From the NCBI RefSeq assembly GCF_018350175.1, contig NC_058368.1:21082001-21146000 (forward strand): a DNA stretch of 64,000 bases, given 5' to 3'. Of this stretch, positions 12,951 to 29,960 are shown one piece after another (position 1 is the stretch's first letter; each line of letters opens with the position of its first letter). A model generated the notes under the pieces. It made no database searches and had not been told where the DNA came from. It saw only the letters and a program-made list of their open reading frames with translations. The translations under genes were made by a program, and so were the position numbers. This DNA is from Felis catus. Its lineage: Eukaryota.

Positions 12951-14233
12951 TAAAAAATATATATATAAAGAATAAATAATTGACAGGTAATCAAAAATAT
13001 TTACTAAGAAATGAAGAAATACATACCAATAGAAAATCATTGGAGGCAATAAAAAAGAGAACATTTTATAACAAAACCAATAGGACACAAATAAAAGGTA
13101 TTGTCAACACAAAATACATAGCTTTAAATGCCTTAATCTGTTTTAAAAGGCAGTAAACAAAGAAAATTTGTGTTAATAAACAAGAAAAAATGATAAAATT
13201 ACAAAAATAAGCTGGGAAATAGCATTTATAAAGAGTAAAGATAAAATTCACAAAATGAGAAATAACAGCAAAAATAATAGAAAAGATAATTGAATCCAAA
13301 AGCTGATATACCTTAAAAAAAAAACAGTAAAATGTAAAAGACCTTGAAAACTTGATAAAATAAATAATAAAAAGTACAAAGTAAGCACAATTTAGGAACG
13401 AGAAAGGAAACATAACCATTGATTCACGAGACATGAAAGAGGAACATAAGAATATTAAAAGCAATTCTCTGATAAAAGATTTGAAAACCCAGAGGAATAA
13501 ACTATTTCTTAGCAAAATATCAATTACAAAACCAGCCCAGTAATAACTGTACAATTTTAATAAACCAATTACCAAATAATCCACAATATGATCAATATCT
13601 ACCATTTAAAAAGATACCAAGATGAGATGGCTTCATGGCTGACTTTTACCTGGACTTTAAGAGAAAATTTACCATAGAAAAATATATAAAACTCCCCAAT
13701 GATGTCAACATAACTTTCCTGATCAAATTTGATAAAAACAGAAGCAAAATAGAAAACTGTAAACCAATCTGACTTATTACTATCAAAGCAAAAACTCTAA
13801 AGAAGATATTAGCAAAAAGAATCTATAATATATCAAAAGACTAAGTGGAACATATTTCAGGAATACTAGAGTGCTTTCATATCAGGAAATGAACGTATCC
13901 ACTTAATTCAGTCCAGCAAAAAACTGGAAGATAAAAGCGCATGTCTTATCAGTAGATACTTAATAGGCATTTGGCAAAATCCAATAGTCAAACCTAATTA
14001 AAAATAGCACCAGAAAAAAAGGATTCAAATTCAATAAAGATAATTTTCTAAAAACTAGTACCAAATTCTAAAATCAGAAGCAGACAAAGATGACCTATTA
14101 TGTTGAACATTATTATAGGCAGTGTAGTAAATACTAAAAGACAATGAGATAATTAGCAAAGAGCATTGAAAAAAGAAAAAACCTATCTTTTGCGGATTAC
14201 ATGACAGTATACTTGTATAGATAGAAAACTCAA

Positions 14234-14450
14234 GGGGTGCCTGGGTGGCTCAGTCAGTTAAGCATCTGACTTTGGCTTAGGTCATGATCTCCTGGTTCTG
14301 AGTTTGAGCCCCGCATCAGGTTCTCTGCTGTCAGTACACAGACCGCTTTGGATCCTCTGTCTCCTTCTCTCTCTGCTCCTCCCCTAAACATGTTCTCTCG
14401 CTCTCTCTCTCTCTCTCTCAAAAACAAATAAACAAAAATTTAAAAAAGAA
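14234..14450 (+). mobile_element. Felid CanSINE
   Basis: SINE body; TSD agaaaactcaa. Confidence 0.95.
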
Positions 14451-14685
14451 AGAAAACTCAAGGAATTCTAGTACAAAAAAAAATTCTAAAATTAATAAAA
14501 TGATTTATTCTCATTTCTGGATTAAAAATAAACTTTTTAAAATTGACAGCTTTTCTCTGGCAATTAGGATCAAAAATGAAAATTCAAATCTTTTTACAAC
14601 AGTGACAGAAACCATAAAATACTTTATAAGTAATTTAATAAACAAGACATAGGATGTCAGAATCTTATAAAAATATATAATGTAT

Positions 14686-14885
14686 GGGGGCGCTTGGGTG
14701 GCTCAGTCAGTTAAGCATCTGACTCTTGATTTTGGCTCAGGTCACCATCTCACAGTTCAGGGGATCAAACCCCGCGTCAGGATCATGCTGTCAGCGTGTG
14801 CAAATACTATCTCCTCTCTCTCCGCCCCTCCCCCTGCTCTCTCCCTCTTTCAAAATGAATAAATCCAAATTTAAATAAATAAAAT
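14686..14885 (+). mobile_element. CanSINE
   Basis: gggggcgcttgggtggctcagtcagttaagc head, A-rich tail. Confidence 0.93.
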
Positions 14886-15499
14886 ACATATGTATAATGT
14901 ATGATCTAAAAAATATAAAAATGTATTCCATATTCTTAGAAGGAAAGAATACATAGAAAAAAATGTCAATTCTCTAAAACTTAATGTACAGTTGCTACAT
15001 TTCAGTTGGTATTCCAATATGTTTTAATTGGGTATATTATTTTTAAATTGCTAGAAAAAAAACATACATCCAAAAAACATGCAAAAAATTAATATAGGAA
15101 GATTTGTCTTACCAAATATCAGAATATATCATAAAGCTACTGTAATCAAATAGGAACAAGTAAATGGAGACTTGAAATAAGATAAATACTCCAGAGTTTA
15201 GAATTTATTTGGATTATAAAATGGCATAATTTCAATAGGAAAAAGTTGTGGCATACTTAATAATTGATACTAATATCCTAGATACATATGTGGAAGATAA
15301 ATATGGACTGTTTCTTATAACAAATACAGAAATAAAGTCCAGATAGATTAAAATTCTATGTAACAAAATAAAGCAACTGTAAGAAAATCTGTGACCTCGC
15401 AGTCTATGAGTGCCTACAATTCATGACTTCTTAACTATGACTAGAGACCCAGGAGTTAAGTCTAAATGCATTTGGCTAAATAAGAACTAAAAGCATTTC

Positions 15500-15644
15500 A
15501 GGGCACCTGGGTGGCTCAGTCAGTTAAGCATCGGACTCTTGATTTCAGCTCAGGTCATGAAACTCCGTTGCAGGCTATGTACTTACAGGGCTGTCTGCTT
15601 GGGATTCTTTCTTTCCCTCTCTCTCTCTGCCCCTCCCTTGCTTG

Positions 15645-15694
<50 letters not shown>

Positions 15695-15726
15695 ATAAAT
15701 AAATAAATATTAAAAGAAAAAAAAAA
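15500..15726 (+). mobile_element. CanSINE
   Basis: SINE head, (CT)n, A tail; flanked by aactaaaagcattt / acctgaaagctttt. Confidence 0.93.
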
Positions 15727-15742
15727 ACCTGAAAGCTTTTTA

Positions 15743-18968
<3,226 letters not shown>

Positions 18969-19107
18969 AACTAAAAGCTTTTGTATGGCAATAGATCTCA
19001 TAAATAAAGATAATAGACAAAAAAATAGATGTGGGAAAAAAAGTATTTGTCACAAATACAAAAGCTTAAATTAATACGCAAAAATCACTTACAAACACAC
19101 AAGAAAA

Positions 19108-19274
19108 GGGGCACCTGGGTGGCTCAGTCGGTTGAGCGTCCGACTTCGGCTCAGGTCACGATCTCGTGGTTTGTGAGTTCGAGCTCCGAGTCGGGCTCTG
19201 TGCTGACAGCTCAGAGCCTGGAGCCTGCTTCAGATTCTGGGTCTCCCTCTCTCTCTGCCCCTCCCCTGCTCATG

Positions 19275-19321
<47 letters not shown>

Positions 19322-19346
19322 AAAAATAAATAAACATTAAAAAAAA
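19108..19346 (+). mobile_element. Felid CanSINE
   Basis: Full SINE body with (CT)n and A tail. Confidence 0.96.
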
Positions 19347-19582
19347 TAGACAAGAAAGAACAAATAACCCAATAAAATGATGAGCAAAGACAATTCACAG
19401 ATGAACAAATCTGTGGTAAGCAAAAGATGTACAAATTTATAAGTAGTAACCATGAATATGCAAAATACAATAATAGGATTATCACTTTATATCCATTGGA
19501 CAATGTACAATGTATATGGTACATTATATGAGGATTGTATGAGAACACAGAAATATTCAAACAAAGATGTATTCGGTGCTGG

Positions 19583-19790
19583 GTTTTTTTAAGTGTATTC
19601 ATTTAGAGAGAGAGTGTGTGTGTGTGTGTGCACAAAGGGAGGCAGAGAGAGAGGGAATGAGAGAATCCCAAGCAGGCCCCCAATTGTCAGCACAGAGCCT
19701 GATGCAGGGCTGGAACCCATGAACCATGAGATCATGACCTGAGACAAAACCAAGAGTCAGATGCTCAACTGACTAGCCACCCAGGTGCCC
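19583..19790 (-). mobile_element. CanSINE
   Basis: Reverse-complement SINE; TSD ttc(g/a)gtgctg. Confidence 0.93.
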
Positions 19791-20516
19791 TTCAGTGCTG
19801 TTTTAAAGGCTACTTGGGAGCCAGAGAGGTTGAGGTGAACGGAAGGAAGAGGGTGAAGCAAACAAAAAAGAAAAAGAAAAATTTCAGTAAAAGGAGCATT
19901 TTATAGTTTTACGAGTATGCATTTGACAAAATTATGTATGTGTCGGTACATAGAGTTAAAATACGGATTCTTTCAAAATATATATTAGATTTAAAATATT
20001 TTTAAGGAAAAAAATAAACACACCAATAGAAAAATATTTTGCTCCTTTAGCAATCAGAGAAATTCAAATTAAAATAATGAGATATCATTTTTCTATAAAA
20101 GATTAGAGAAAATGTTAAAAACTGATAACACCTACCAGTTGTGTGGATGTGAAGAATTAAACACTTGTGCTGCTCTGTGAGTACAAATTGTTAGAAACTT
20201 TCTGAGAGGTACTTTGGCCATATTTAAGAGAAGCCTTTAAATAACCACTGCATAATCATACAGAAAGGTACATACAGATTAAGCATTGTCAGTAATGGCA
20301 AGAAGTTGTAAGCAAGTTAAAGAAATGAAAGCACATATGTAAAGTGCTCACCATGAGCCTGGAATATCATTAGCACTCAATAAATGTCCAAAAACAAGGG
20401 GATTGGGTAATCAAGTGGTAGTCCAATGCAGAAAAAAAAAAAAATAATGAAGCATTTAATAAGTCATTCCAGCATCCTGGAACGGAAAACAATGCAAGTT
20501 TAAAAATGACAATGCT

Positions 20517-20620
20517 GGGGACGCCTGCCTGGTGTAGTCAGTAGGGCATAAAATTCCTGATCTCAGGGTTGTGAGTTTGAGCCCCATGTTGGGCATAGAG
20601 ATTACTTTAAAAAACAAAAG
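20517..20620 (+). mobile_element. Short tRNA-Lys-like carnivore SINE lacking the (CT)n domain
   Basis: ggggacgcctgcctggtgtagtcagtagggcat...gagccccatgttgggcatagagattact plus A tail. Confidence 0.75.
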
Positions 20621-20622
20621 AA

Positions 20623-20845
20623 GGGGCGCCTGGGTGGCTCAGTCGGTTAAGCGTCTGACTTCGGCTCAGGTCATGATCTCATGGTCCGTGAGTTCGAGCC
20701 CCGCGTCAGGCTCTGTGCTGACAGCTCAGAGCCTGGAGCCTGCTTCAGATTCTGTGTCTCCCTCTCTCTCTGCCCCTCCCCCGTTCATGCTCTGTCTCTC
20801 TCTGTCTCAAAAATAAATGAAACATTAAAAAAAAAATTTTTTTTA
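20623..20845 (+). mobile_element. Felid CanSINE inserted in the A tail of the preceding SINE
   Basis: Full SINE body directly after aaaaaacaaaagaa. Confidence 0.96.
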
Positions 20846-20990
20846 AAGCAATAAAGGTCATGGTCTATATTCATGACATAGAAAGACATTAACAAAACAC
20901 AGGATATTATTAAAGGTGAAATGAAGTTGAAAGTAGTATCCACTTTTGAAAAAGCATTTGTATTTATATTTGTATAAAAAAATATCTGGA

Positions 20991-21205
20991 GGGGCGCCTG
21001 GGTGGCTCAGTCGGTTAAGTGTCCGACTTCGGCTCGGGTCATGATCTTGCGGTTCGTGAGTTCAAGCCCCGCATCAGGCTCTATGCTGATGACTCAGAGC
21101 CTGGAGCCTGTTTCAGATTCTGTGTCTCCCTCTCTCTCTGACCCTCCCCCGTTCATGTTCTGTATCTCTCTGTCTCAAAAATAAATAAACGTTAAAAAAA
21201 AATTA
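20991..21205 (+). mobile_element. Felid CanSINE
   Basis: TSD aaaaaaatatctgga. Confidence 0.96.
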
Positions 21206-22429
21206 AAAAAAAATATCTGGAAAGAAGTGAACCAAAACGTTAACCGTGGTTATCTCTGAATGGTGAACTTTTTGTTTTTTTGAGGTTCATTTTTTTATCC
21301 ACCTGTGTTTTCTAATTTTTCCACAATAAGAATGCATTTTTGCATAATTTTTAAACTTAGCAAGGTAAACAAGTATTTAGAATGTAGAATCAGAATCCCA
21401 GCTCCTTAACTTAATAGCAATGTGACATTAGGGATTTTCTTGCAAAAAATGTGTTTTTTAATCTGCTGGTTAATTACATGGAGCCAAAATAACCAATCCC
21501 CCGGTCATTCCAAATCAATAGACATTTACTGTACTTGAATCCATGGGAGGGATAGAAAAGGGGGGCATGCTGACATTTGCTCACACTAGCAAAATTTTTA
21601 TGTTGTCCTAGTAGGTATTCAAAAGGCTGGATCAGACACAGGAACTTATGTGGTTATTTTCAAACATCTCATGACTTGAAAGAACAGGTGTTGGAGGAAA
21701 CTGTGTCTACATATTTGCTAGGAAAGCATTCTCAGGTTTCTTTTCTAATCATGGAAAAGATGATACATTAATGTGACTATTACCCCTACTTTCTGAAAAC
21801 AGCCAAGTAACCAGATGCATGAAACCCACATTCAGGAGAAATGAAGTCATGAGTAAGAGTCCCAAGCATTCTAGCAATGAAGCTATTAGAATTACATAAC
21901 CTACAAGTTCCAAGACATTTTTCCAGTTCCACCACGTACCTAATAAAACTTTTCCAAGGACTACTGAAAGACAATTCCAAATTCATATATCATGACCTTT
22001 GGGCTGACTCCAATGAAATACAGAATGTCCCTGATGGGACTATTTATGAATGCAATTGATGCATGCTCAAAATTACTTTGGAAGACTAATGGAAATTTTT
22101 GGTTCACAATGGAAAGTGAGAAAGAGGAGAGGACATTGAGTTCTGAAACCAGAAGACTATCAGAAATAAAGAGCAAGTAGAGAGATTGATACCTCCTTGG
22201 GAAGAAGGGAGGAGAGAAGACCTGAAACATTGCAGGAGGCATCTGCCTTCATCCACAAGCCCAGCACCATCCTTGGAAGAGAGACGATGAGAATCACTGA
22301 TCTTTCCGATTTTCTTTAATATTGAGAGCAAATAATTCTGCCTCGTGAATGAAAAAGAGGGCTAAATACTCAGGATGAGTTCAGTGTGGAGTCAAATTAG
22401 AATGATGGAAGTCAACCCTACTTAAAGAT

Positions 22430-23060
22430 AAGCTGTCATCTCCCATCTGGGCTTTTGCAGTGGCCTCCTAACTGGTCTCTCTGTTTCTAGTCTTACCTTC
22501 CTATGGTCTACCTTCCATATGGCAGCCAGTATGATCTTTTTAAAACAAAAATCAGATCCTATCTCTCCCTGATGGCTTCCCTTCATACCTAGAATAAAAT
22601 CTGAAGTCCTCACCAGGTCCTACAGGGTAACTATAGGTTTTAGTTTTCCTGGACAATCCTGGTTTGTGGCTAAAGAGGTCCTTCCGCCGATACCCTTTTG
22701 GCCCTTTTCCTCACTTGATCCCGGTGTCTGATCAAACATTATCTACTCACAGAGGTCTTCCTTGATCTCCCTGTTGAGTTGTTGAAAACAACTCTATCCC
22801 CTTTCCCTGCTTTACTCTGTTTCAAATACTTTGTATTTGATTTAACATTATGTCACATTTTCATTTCTTAATTTGTTGGTCTGTCTGACTGGAATTGTGC
22901 TGCCTGAGGACAGCAAATTGTTGTCTTCACTAACATATCCCCAGTATTGGTCCTGGGGAGGGGCTCAGGAAATAATAGATGGATGGATGAGCGAGTGAGT
23001 GAGTGAGTGAGTGAGTGAATGAGAGAATGAGTGAGGGAAGGAAGGAAGGAAGAAGGAAGA
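22430..23060 (+). mobile_element. L2 3' fragment ending in (GGAT)/(GAGT)/(GGAA) simple repeats
   Basis: gcctcctaactggtctctctg...aaaatcagatc...gaataaaatctgaagtcct. Confidence 0.75.
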
Positions 23061-23674
23061 AGTCTTCAGCTCTGCTTAGCCAAGTATTTATTCATTCCAA
23101 GTTTGTATTAAACACTGCTGGAGCTAGTGATTTGTAGACAATGATAAGTATGTACCATGACAAGTACTTCTTATACACTGTCAAACCAAATGTACATTTT
23201 ACCTCTGATTGCTATTCTAGGTGTTATGCAGATTATCTGTGGACAGTATCTCCAGGGCAAACCCTGACTTATGGATTCCCAACGGTCAAGGTTCTGTAGT
23301 GGGCCAGATTCCTCCAGCCCCATGGCACAGGCTCAAGCATTCTTGCTGACCCTTGAACTTTACCTCTCTATGTGCAAGCAGAACTAAAAAGAACCTGATT
23401 GTTTTTTTGCTTTTTATAAAAGTATCCTGAAATGCACACACACACAAAAAGAAGTCACCAAAGTCACAACACATATGATTTCTGCCAGAGCAAGGCAATT
23501 ATTCCCATCATAAGGGTAAGGTAATTGAGTCTCCATGAGTTTAAGGGACATGAACATGTTCATATAACTTAAAACTGGCAATGCCCAAACTTACAGATAA
23601 TCACGTCTGATACCAAAATCTACACTACTTTTCAAAAAAAAAAAAAAAAAGGAGGAAATGGGCCTTTCTATAAA

Positions 23675-24222
23675 CTTTTTTTAAAATGTTTATTTTGAGG
23701 GGCGCCTGGGTGGCTCAATCGGTTAAGCGTCCGACTTCAGCTCAGGTCAAGATCTCGCGGTCCGTGAGTTCGAGCCCCGCATCAGGCTCTGGGCTGATGG
23801 CTCAGAGCCTGGAGCCTGCTTCCGATTCTGTGTCTCCCTCTCTCTCTCTGCCCCTCCCCCATTCATGCTCTGTCTCTCTCTGTCCCAAAAATAAATAAAC
23901 GTTAAAAAAATTTTTTTTAAATAAAATGTTTATTTTGAGAGAGAAAGAGCACACATGAGGGGAGGGGCATAGAGGGAGAGAGAGAGAGAGGGAGAGAGAG
24001 AGAGGGAGAGAGAGAGAGGGAGAGAGAAAGAGGGAGAGAGAGAGAGGGAGAGAGAGAGAGGGAGAGAGAGAGGGGGAGAGAGGGAGAGAGAGAGAGAGAA
24101 TCCCAAGCAGGCTCCACACTGTCAGCACAGAGCCCAACATGGGGCTCGACCCCACAACCCCAAGACCATGACCTGAGCTGAAACCAAGAATCCAAAACTC
24201 AACATGATTGAGCCACCCAGGA
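23675..24222 (-). mobile_element. CanSINE with expanded (CT)n, tail interrupted by an opposite-strand SINE
   Basis: Reverse-complement SINE body at 23925-24222; ataaactttt on both flanks. Confidence 0.9.
23699..23921 (+). mobile_element. Young felid CanSINE nested in another SINE tail
   Basis: TSD taaaatgtttattttga. Confidence 0.96.
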
Positions 24223-24306
24223 ACAAACCCCCCGCATAAACTTTTAAAGTAGTCGATGCACCAAGGGGGATCCACAGAGTTGAACAAATAACCTGAAAAC
24301 ATATTC

Positions 24307-24346
24307 TTTTTTTTAACATTTATTTATTTCTGAGGGAGAGAGAGAC

Positions 24347-24402
<56 letters not shown>

Positions 24403-24566
24403 AGCGTGAGCAGGGGAGGGACAGAGAGAGAGGGAGACACAGAATCTGAAGCAGGCTCCAGGCTCTGAGCTGTCAGCACAGAGCCCAACATGGGGCCCAA
24501 ATTCACCGCAAGATCATGACCTGAGCCGAAGTCGGACGCCCAACCAAATGAGCTACCCAGGCGCCC
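24307..24566 (-). mobile_element. Felid CanSINE
   Basis: TSD aaacatattctt. Confidence 0.95.
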
Positions 24567-26275
24567 AAACATATTCTTGACTGGACAGCAAATAGTTGTC
24601 AACCATGGCCCCCCAGTGACCCAAACTCCAGTGAGCCTATCAACCAGTTGAGTTTTCCCAAACTTTAAAAATAGGCTATAGATGATATGCTCCAACCACA
24701 CTGAAGCCCTGGGCTTCTCTGTCTGGAAGGAATAAGAGGCAGGGTCTGCCCTTTATACTTCTTTTGCCAACACATGGTTGCCCTTGAATAATTACACTAG
24801 AGAGAAAAGTCGGCCTTCAGTGCAGCTCTCAGTGAACTTATAGTTACCACTTAAATTACTCAAAAACTAGAATGTCTGTTTGCAGGCCTGAGAATCTGAC
24901 AGCAAGGCTTCTATGGGAGAAACTCCATCCCCCATGGGAGGGTCAGTGAGAGGCTCCCCAAAGTTCCTGTTTCTTTGCTCTCTCTCAAAGCAGGCACTTG
25001 GGATCCCAGCCAGCAGCCCCACAGCACCCAAAATTGTTTAAGCCCTGGACTCTCTCTGGTATTGTCAGACTTTCAGCAATGGGGGGGGGGGGGTGCTCCA
25101 TTGTACTGTCTTTCTCTTGAAAAGTATTCACCTGCTGCTTATTAGCCTTGCATGAGGATGGCTGTGCAAACACACTGGCCTACAGAGCTCTCCTCGCCCT
25201 CACCCTTTCGTCTGTGTTGTGGCTCCATTGTACCTCCAGTTTTATGCATGCTACATTTCGTGGGTCTGAAAAACTACCTCAGAAGGTGGTTTTCTGGAGG
25301 CCCTTGGTGGTATCCACCTGACCCCAGAGTGGGTGGAGGGGACTGTTCCTGTGAGAAGGAAACATAGGATGACTGGGAGCCCAGGAGCCAACCCTTGCAG
25401 AAAGCCCACCCTCTCGGAGTGGGTCTCCGAGGCTTTGCACACTGCCCTCAAGGATCACAAAGTGCATGCTAAGCTCCAGGGGCATTATATGACAACTCTT
25501 TCCTAAGGCTGAGGAGGGTGTGGCTGAAATCCAGAGCTAAGCAAGCAGGAATGCTCACAGGTGAGGAGAACAACAGAGGGGAAGGAAGTCGCACCAAGGT
25601 CTCATCAAGGGCGCAGGGCCAAGACCACACTGCATCCAGATGACTTTTGCAGGACCACGACAACGCGTTTGCACGTTCAAAACACTCTGTGATGCATTCA
25701 TACATCGACCCATCCAGTGTGACCTAACAATGATGGGAATCCCCTCTTTCGAGTGCCCGGCATGGTGCGCAGCCCAGAGAAGACACTGAATGGATATTTG
25801 TTGAATAAATTGTACAACGAGTGAAAGGAAAGTGAGTTGGGGACAGAAATTTGAGGGTGTCATCTGTAGGTATAGGTGTGAGGGGCTCGCAATTCCAACA
25901 ACTCATCTCTTGACAGCCTGATGCCTTGTCTACCACCCTGCAAGGCGATTAAACCCAAAGTCTGCAATTACTGAAATGTTTACAAAATAAAAGGTAGCTG
26001 AAACAGCAGCTCCTTGTCACTGCCCCCGTTTTCAGATTCCCCTTTGTTTCGTATCTCTAAGTCGTTCTACACTTGGAAATGGAACTACATTTTCTGAATG
26101 TATTTTTCAAGGATAAAGGAATTCTACTCCATGTATTTTCCCTAATTTTACTCAGTTCGGGTAACCTAGCTTGAAAGAAAATTCAAGATAATGTAACAGG
26201 GTACCTAGCGCAGTCCTTGATTCTGCACAGACAATAAATGTTGTGTCACTGACTGAAAAAAAGAAATGCGTGAAG

Positions 26276-26437
26276 GAGGCACCTGGATGGCTCAGTCAGT
26301 TAAGTATCCAGCTCTTGGTTTCAGCTCAGGTCATGATCTCATCAAGGTCATCAGATCAAGCACCGCATCAGGCTCTGCGCTAATCATCTGCACTGATATC
26401 TCCCTCTCCCTCTGCCCCTCTCCCACTCCCACTCTCA

Positions 26438-26479
<42 letters not shown>

Positions 26480-26480
26480 T
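26276..26480 (+). mobile_element. Older CanSINE with (AAT)n tail
   Basis: Diverged SINE head; (aat)n at 26438-26480. Confidence 0.88.
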
Positions 26481-26752
26481 GTTTTTTAAAGAAATTAATG
26501 AATAAACAGAAATTTGGGGGAGTAAGGGCTTAAGTGGGAAGAGGCCAGAGGTAGAAAAGGGAAAGTGAGAAGAGTGTGTTTATCAAATGTTGTTTCCTGG
26601 AATTAAAGAAGAGGAGAAGGTGATATAGGAAGTTTATGGTACCAGGTTTTAAAACCCAATGGGCACTGAAGTAATGAATGGCCCATGGACTTTGGAATAG
26701 GGAAATACTCAAATTGTGCAAAAGTATCATAGACATTACAAAGTACTTTCCA

Positions 26753-26970
26753 GGGGTGCCTGGGCAGCGCATTTGGTTGGGCGTCTGACTTCGGCTCAGG
26801 TGGTGATCTCATGGCTTGTGAGTTCAAACCCCACATTGGGCTCTGCGCTGACAGCTCGGAGCCTGGAGCCTGCTTCAGATTCTGTGTGTCCCTCACTCTC
26901 TCTGCCCCTCCTCTACTCATGCTCTGTCTCTCTCTGTCTCTCAAAAATAAATAAACATTAAAAAAAATAA
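26753..26970 (+). mobile_element. Felid CanSINE
   Basis: TSD aaagtactttcca. Confidence 0.96.
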
Positions 26971-27875
26971 TAAAGTACTTTCCAAACATGAATATTAGTA
27001 TTACTGAGTGATGGAAAGCATCACTGTTCTTTAAACTATTTACTCTTTTACTGTTCATTTATTGATCACCTAGAGATTGCAACATTTGCATTTTTAACAA
27101 GCTCTGCAATCAATTCTGATACACATTAATGTTTAAGAACTACGTCTACTTTGAAGGAAGCGCCCCAAAATAAGCAAGCCAACAAATGTGGGGAAGAGAG
27201 TTTGCTTTGAGGAAGGTACAGAAAGAACTAAATGAGGAGTAACATGAGCAATGGGAAATTATAGCGAATGGGAGCGGGGGGAGGGGGGGGCCATCACAGT
27301 ATTCTCTTTTGGACTTGTTGCATGGTGCCCCAAGTTATAAAGATGCATAGTCTTCTAGGATGTATTTGAAACTCATGAGGCAAGACTATCTATTCTGAAG
27401 CACTGCCATGGGCTAAACTTTACCCAGAGCTGGGCATCCTTTACCTTTAATCAGTGAGCTATGAGGTACAGTGTTGTCTGGACCACAGAGGAGATAAGAG
27501 CTAGACAATGTTTTCCCTAATAGAACCATTTGGTCATCCCAAATACAGCATGTATACGAACACTGTCTTTTTGATAATTCTCAATATTTTTAAAGGACAA
27601 AAAGTTTTACTTAAAAAAAAAGAAAAGCTCTCACCTAAAACTAGTTTTTAGAGCATTACCATTTTTCTTCTACCTACCACCAAGGTTCCATGACTCAAAC
27701 ATGGCCGCAGATGATCAGCACCCAGATTCCATGTAGATGGAGATGATCGGGAGAAGCTGGACACTGTGTTGGCCCCCAAACCAACAACCTGGTCTCAGTC
27801 TACTGCATTCTCTACTGGTGGATGAGAGGTCAATGGATATACTACTGAACTCCTTTTAAATCTGTAATATTTTTA

Positions 27876-28097
27876 GGGGCGCCTGGGTGGCTCAGTCGGT
27901 TGAATGTCCAACTTCAGCTTAGGTCATGATCTCACAGCTCGTGAGTTCGAGCCCCGTGTCGGGCTCTGCGCTGACAGCTCAGAGCCTGAAGCCTGCTTCT
28001 GCTTCTGTGTCTCCCTCTCTCTCTGCCCCTAATCCACTCGCATTCTGTCTCTGTCTCTCTCAAAAATAAGTAAACATTAAAAAAATAAAAAATAAAA
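27876..28097 (+). mobile_element. Felid CanSINE
   Basis: TSD aaatct(g/a)taatattttta. Confidence 0.96.
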
Positions 28098-29559
28098 AAA
28101 TCTATAATATTTTTAAATATTTCCAGCAAAGTAGATTATATGATTGTTTTAAATTTTTAAAAAATCTTTTAATGACTAAATGGTCTAAGAATGGAAAAGA
28201 GGAGCCCCGCATTTTCTGACAAATAGACTATTTCTCTGGAGGAATTCCTGCATCATTTTATTCTCTGTAAACTTTAGACACAACCCTGATTTATGTCTAT
28301 TTTGCATTAGCCATTATGATAGAATCTCCTTACATGTTTGCCATCAAATACCTGCTGTTTTGTTTTGTTTTGTTTCGTTTTGTTTTTCTTTGTGTAGGGG
28401 GCCATTTTTAGTTTTCTCTGCAACAATATTGACAAGTAGGGATGGGGATGGGGGGATGAGTCTCAAGAAATCACAGGCAAATGCCTGAGACCAAGGGCAT
28501 AAGTTAAAAAATAGTGACCTTAACCATGCATTTGAAAACCTAGATAGCAAACAAGTATAGATACCTTATCTGGAATATTTATCTTCAAAGATATACTTAC
28601 TACTCTTTAAAAATGTATTATCACAGGACCATCCAAACTGTATTTTCTAAAACACTGTCTCCAAAAAAATGTGCTCTGGCAAACACCAGACCTACGAGAT
28701 GCTTTGTGAAGAAAAAAGCAGTTTGTGAACAAATCGATTTGCAAAAGCTGTGTTTTCTGACAATGAGGATAAAAATAGTAATTATAGCATTTAACAGAGA
28801 CTCAGAGCCCTAGCAACATGATTATTCGCGAGTAAAAAAAAAAAAAAAAAAAAACAACCAGCAATAGCGATCACTTTGCTCATTCCAGTTGCACAACCCA
28901 AGAGAAAAGACATAGCTGGTATCAACATTTAAGGACAAAGAATCTTCCCATAGTCTTTACCATAGAGGAACTAACCAGAATATCATCTCCAACCTTATTT
29001 CTTGCAGAAGGACCAGCTTCCTCTTGGAGCAGTACACAGAGGTCAAGGTTCTCACACAAACGCTGCCTAGCATATGTTTTTCCCTCTTAGCATTTAATAC
29101 ATGCAATTATTTTCTTTCTTTGTTTCACTTGTTTCTATCTCTTCAACTTAGAATGTAGGCTCCAGGGGAGGGGAACCATGTCATTTGTGTTTGCAGCTGA
29201 CCTAGCCACATGCTTGACACACCACAGACATAGATATTTGTTAAGCGAACGGTGAAGTTCCCTAATAAAGGTCTGGCTTCTACGATCTACAGCTTTACTA
29301 AGAGCCATCAGAGGGATTGATTTCTAAGAGTAGCTAGAAAATCTCTTCATGCAAGTGTCTAAAAATTCTACCTAAAATGTATCAGCTTCTCTCTATAACT
29401 TGTCTGCAAGCCCACCCAACTTCTGTCCACATTGGTCTCATGGAGTCCCATGGAGTCAAACAAACTCAGGCCACTGACAAGGGGTCACAGGGAGGCACCT
29501 GACTTCCACATTCTGCCAGTCAAGACAGGATCTCTTTGTGCTTTATTTTATTTTTCCAA

Positions 29560-29693
29560 CCGTACTGAGTTAAAATTGGAAAATAAAAATTATATGTATT
29601 TAGGGTATACAATATGATGATTTAACATATGTATAAATTGTAAAACGATTACCACAATCAAATTAATAGATACATCCATCATTTCACATAGTT

Positions 29694-29741
<48 letters not shown>

Positions 29742-29960
29742 TGAGAATTCTTAAGATCTACTCTCTCAGAAAGTTCAAGTACATATACAGTATTATTAAC
29801 TACAGTCACCCTGGTGTGCAATGGAGCCTCAGAATTTACTCATCTTATAACTGAAAGATTATACCCTTTCACCAATATCTTCCTATGTCCCCAACCTCCA
29901 GTCCCTGAACCACTGTTCTACTCTATGGTTCCATGAGCTTCACTGTTTCATATCCCTCAT
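29560..29960 (-). mobile_element. L1MA9-like 3' end containing a (TG)n microsatellite at 29697-29740
   Basis: cttaagatctactctctcag...tattattaactacagtcacc...actgaaagattataccc. Confidence 0.85.

Noticed and set aside
13066..13605. 179-aa hydrophobic minus-strand ORF
   Set aside because: Antisense reading of A-rich degraded L1; the F/I/L richness is compositional.
23802..24701. ORFs rich in SLSL or ERER (also at 3852, 19029, 26603, 44753 and 60780)
   Set aside because: Read-through of CanSINE bodies and their (CT)n tracts.
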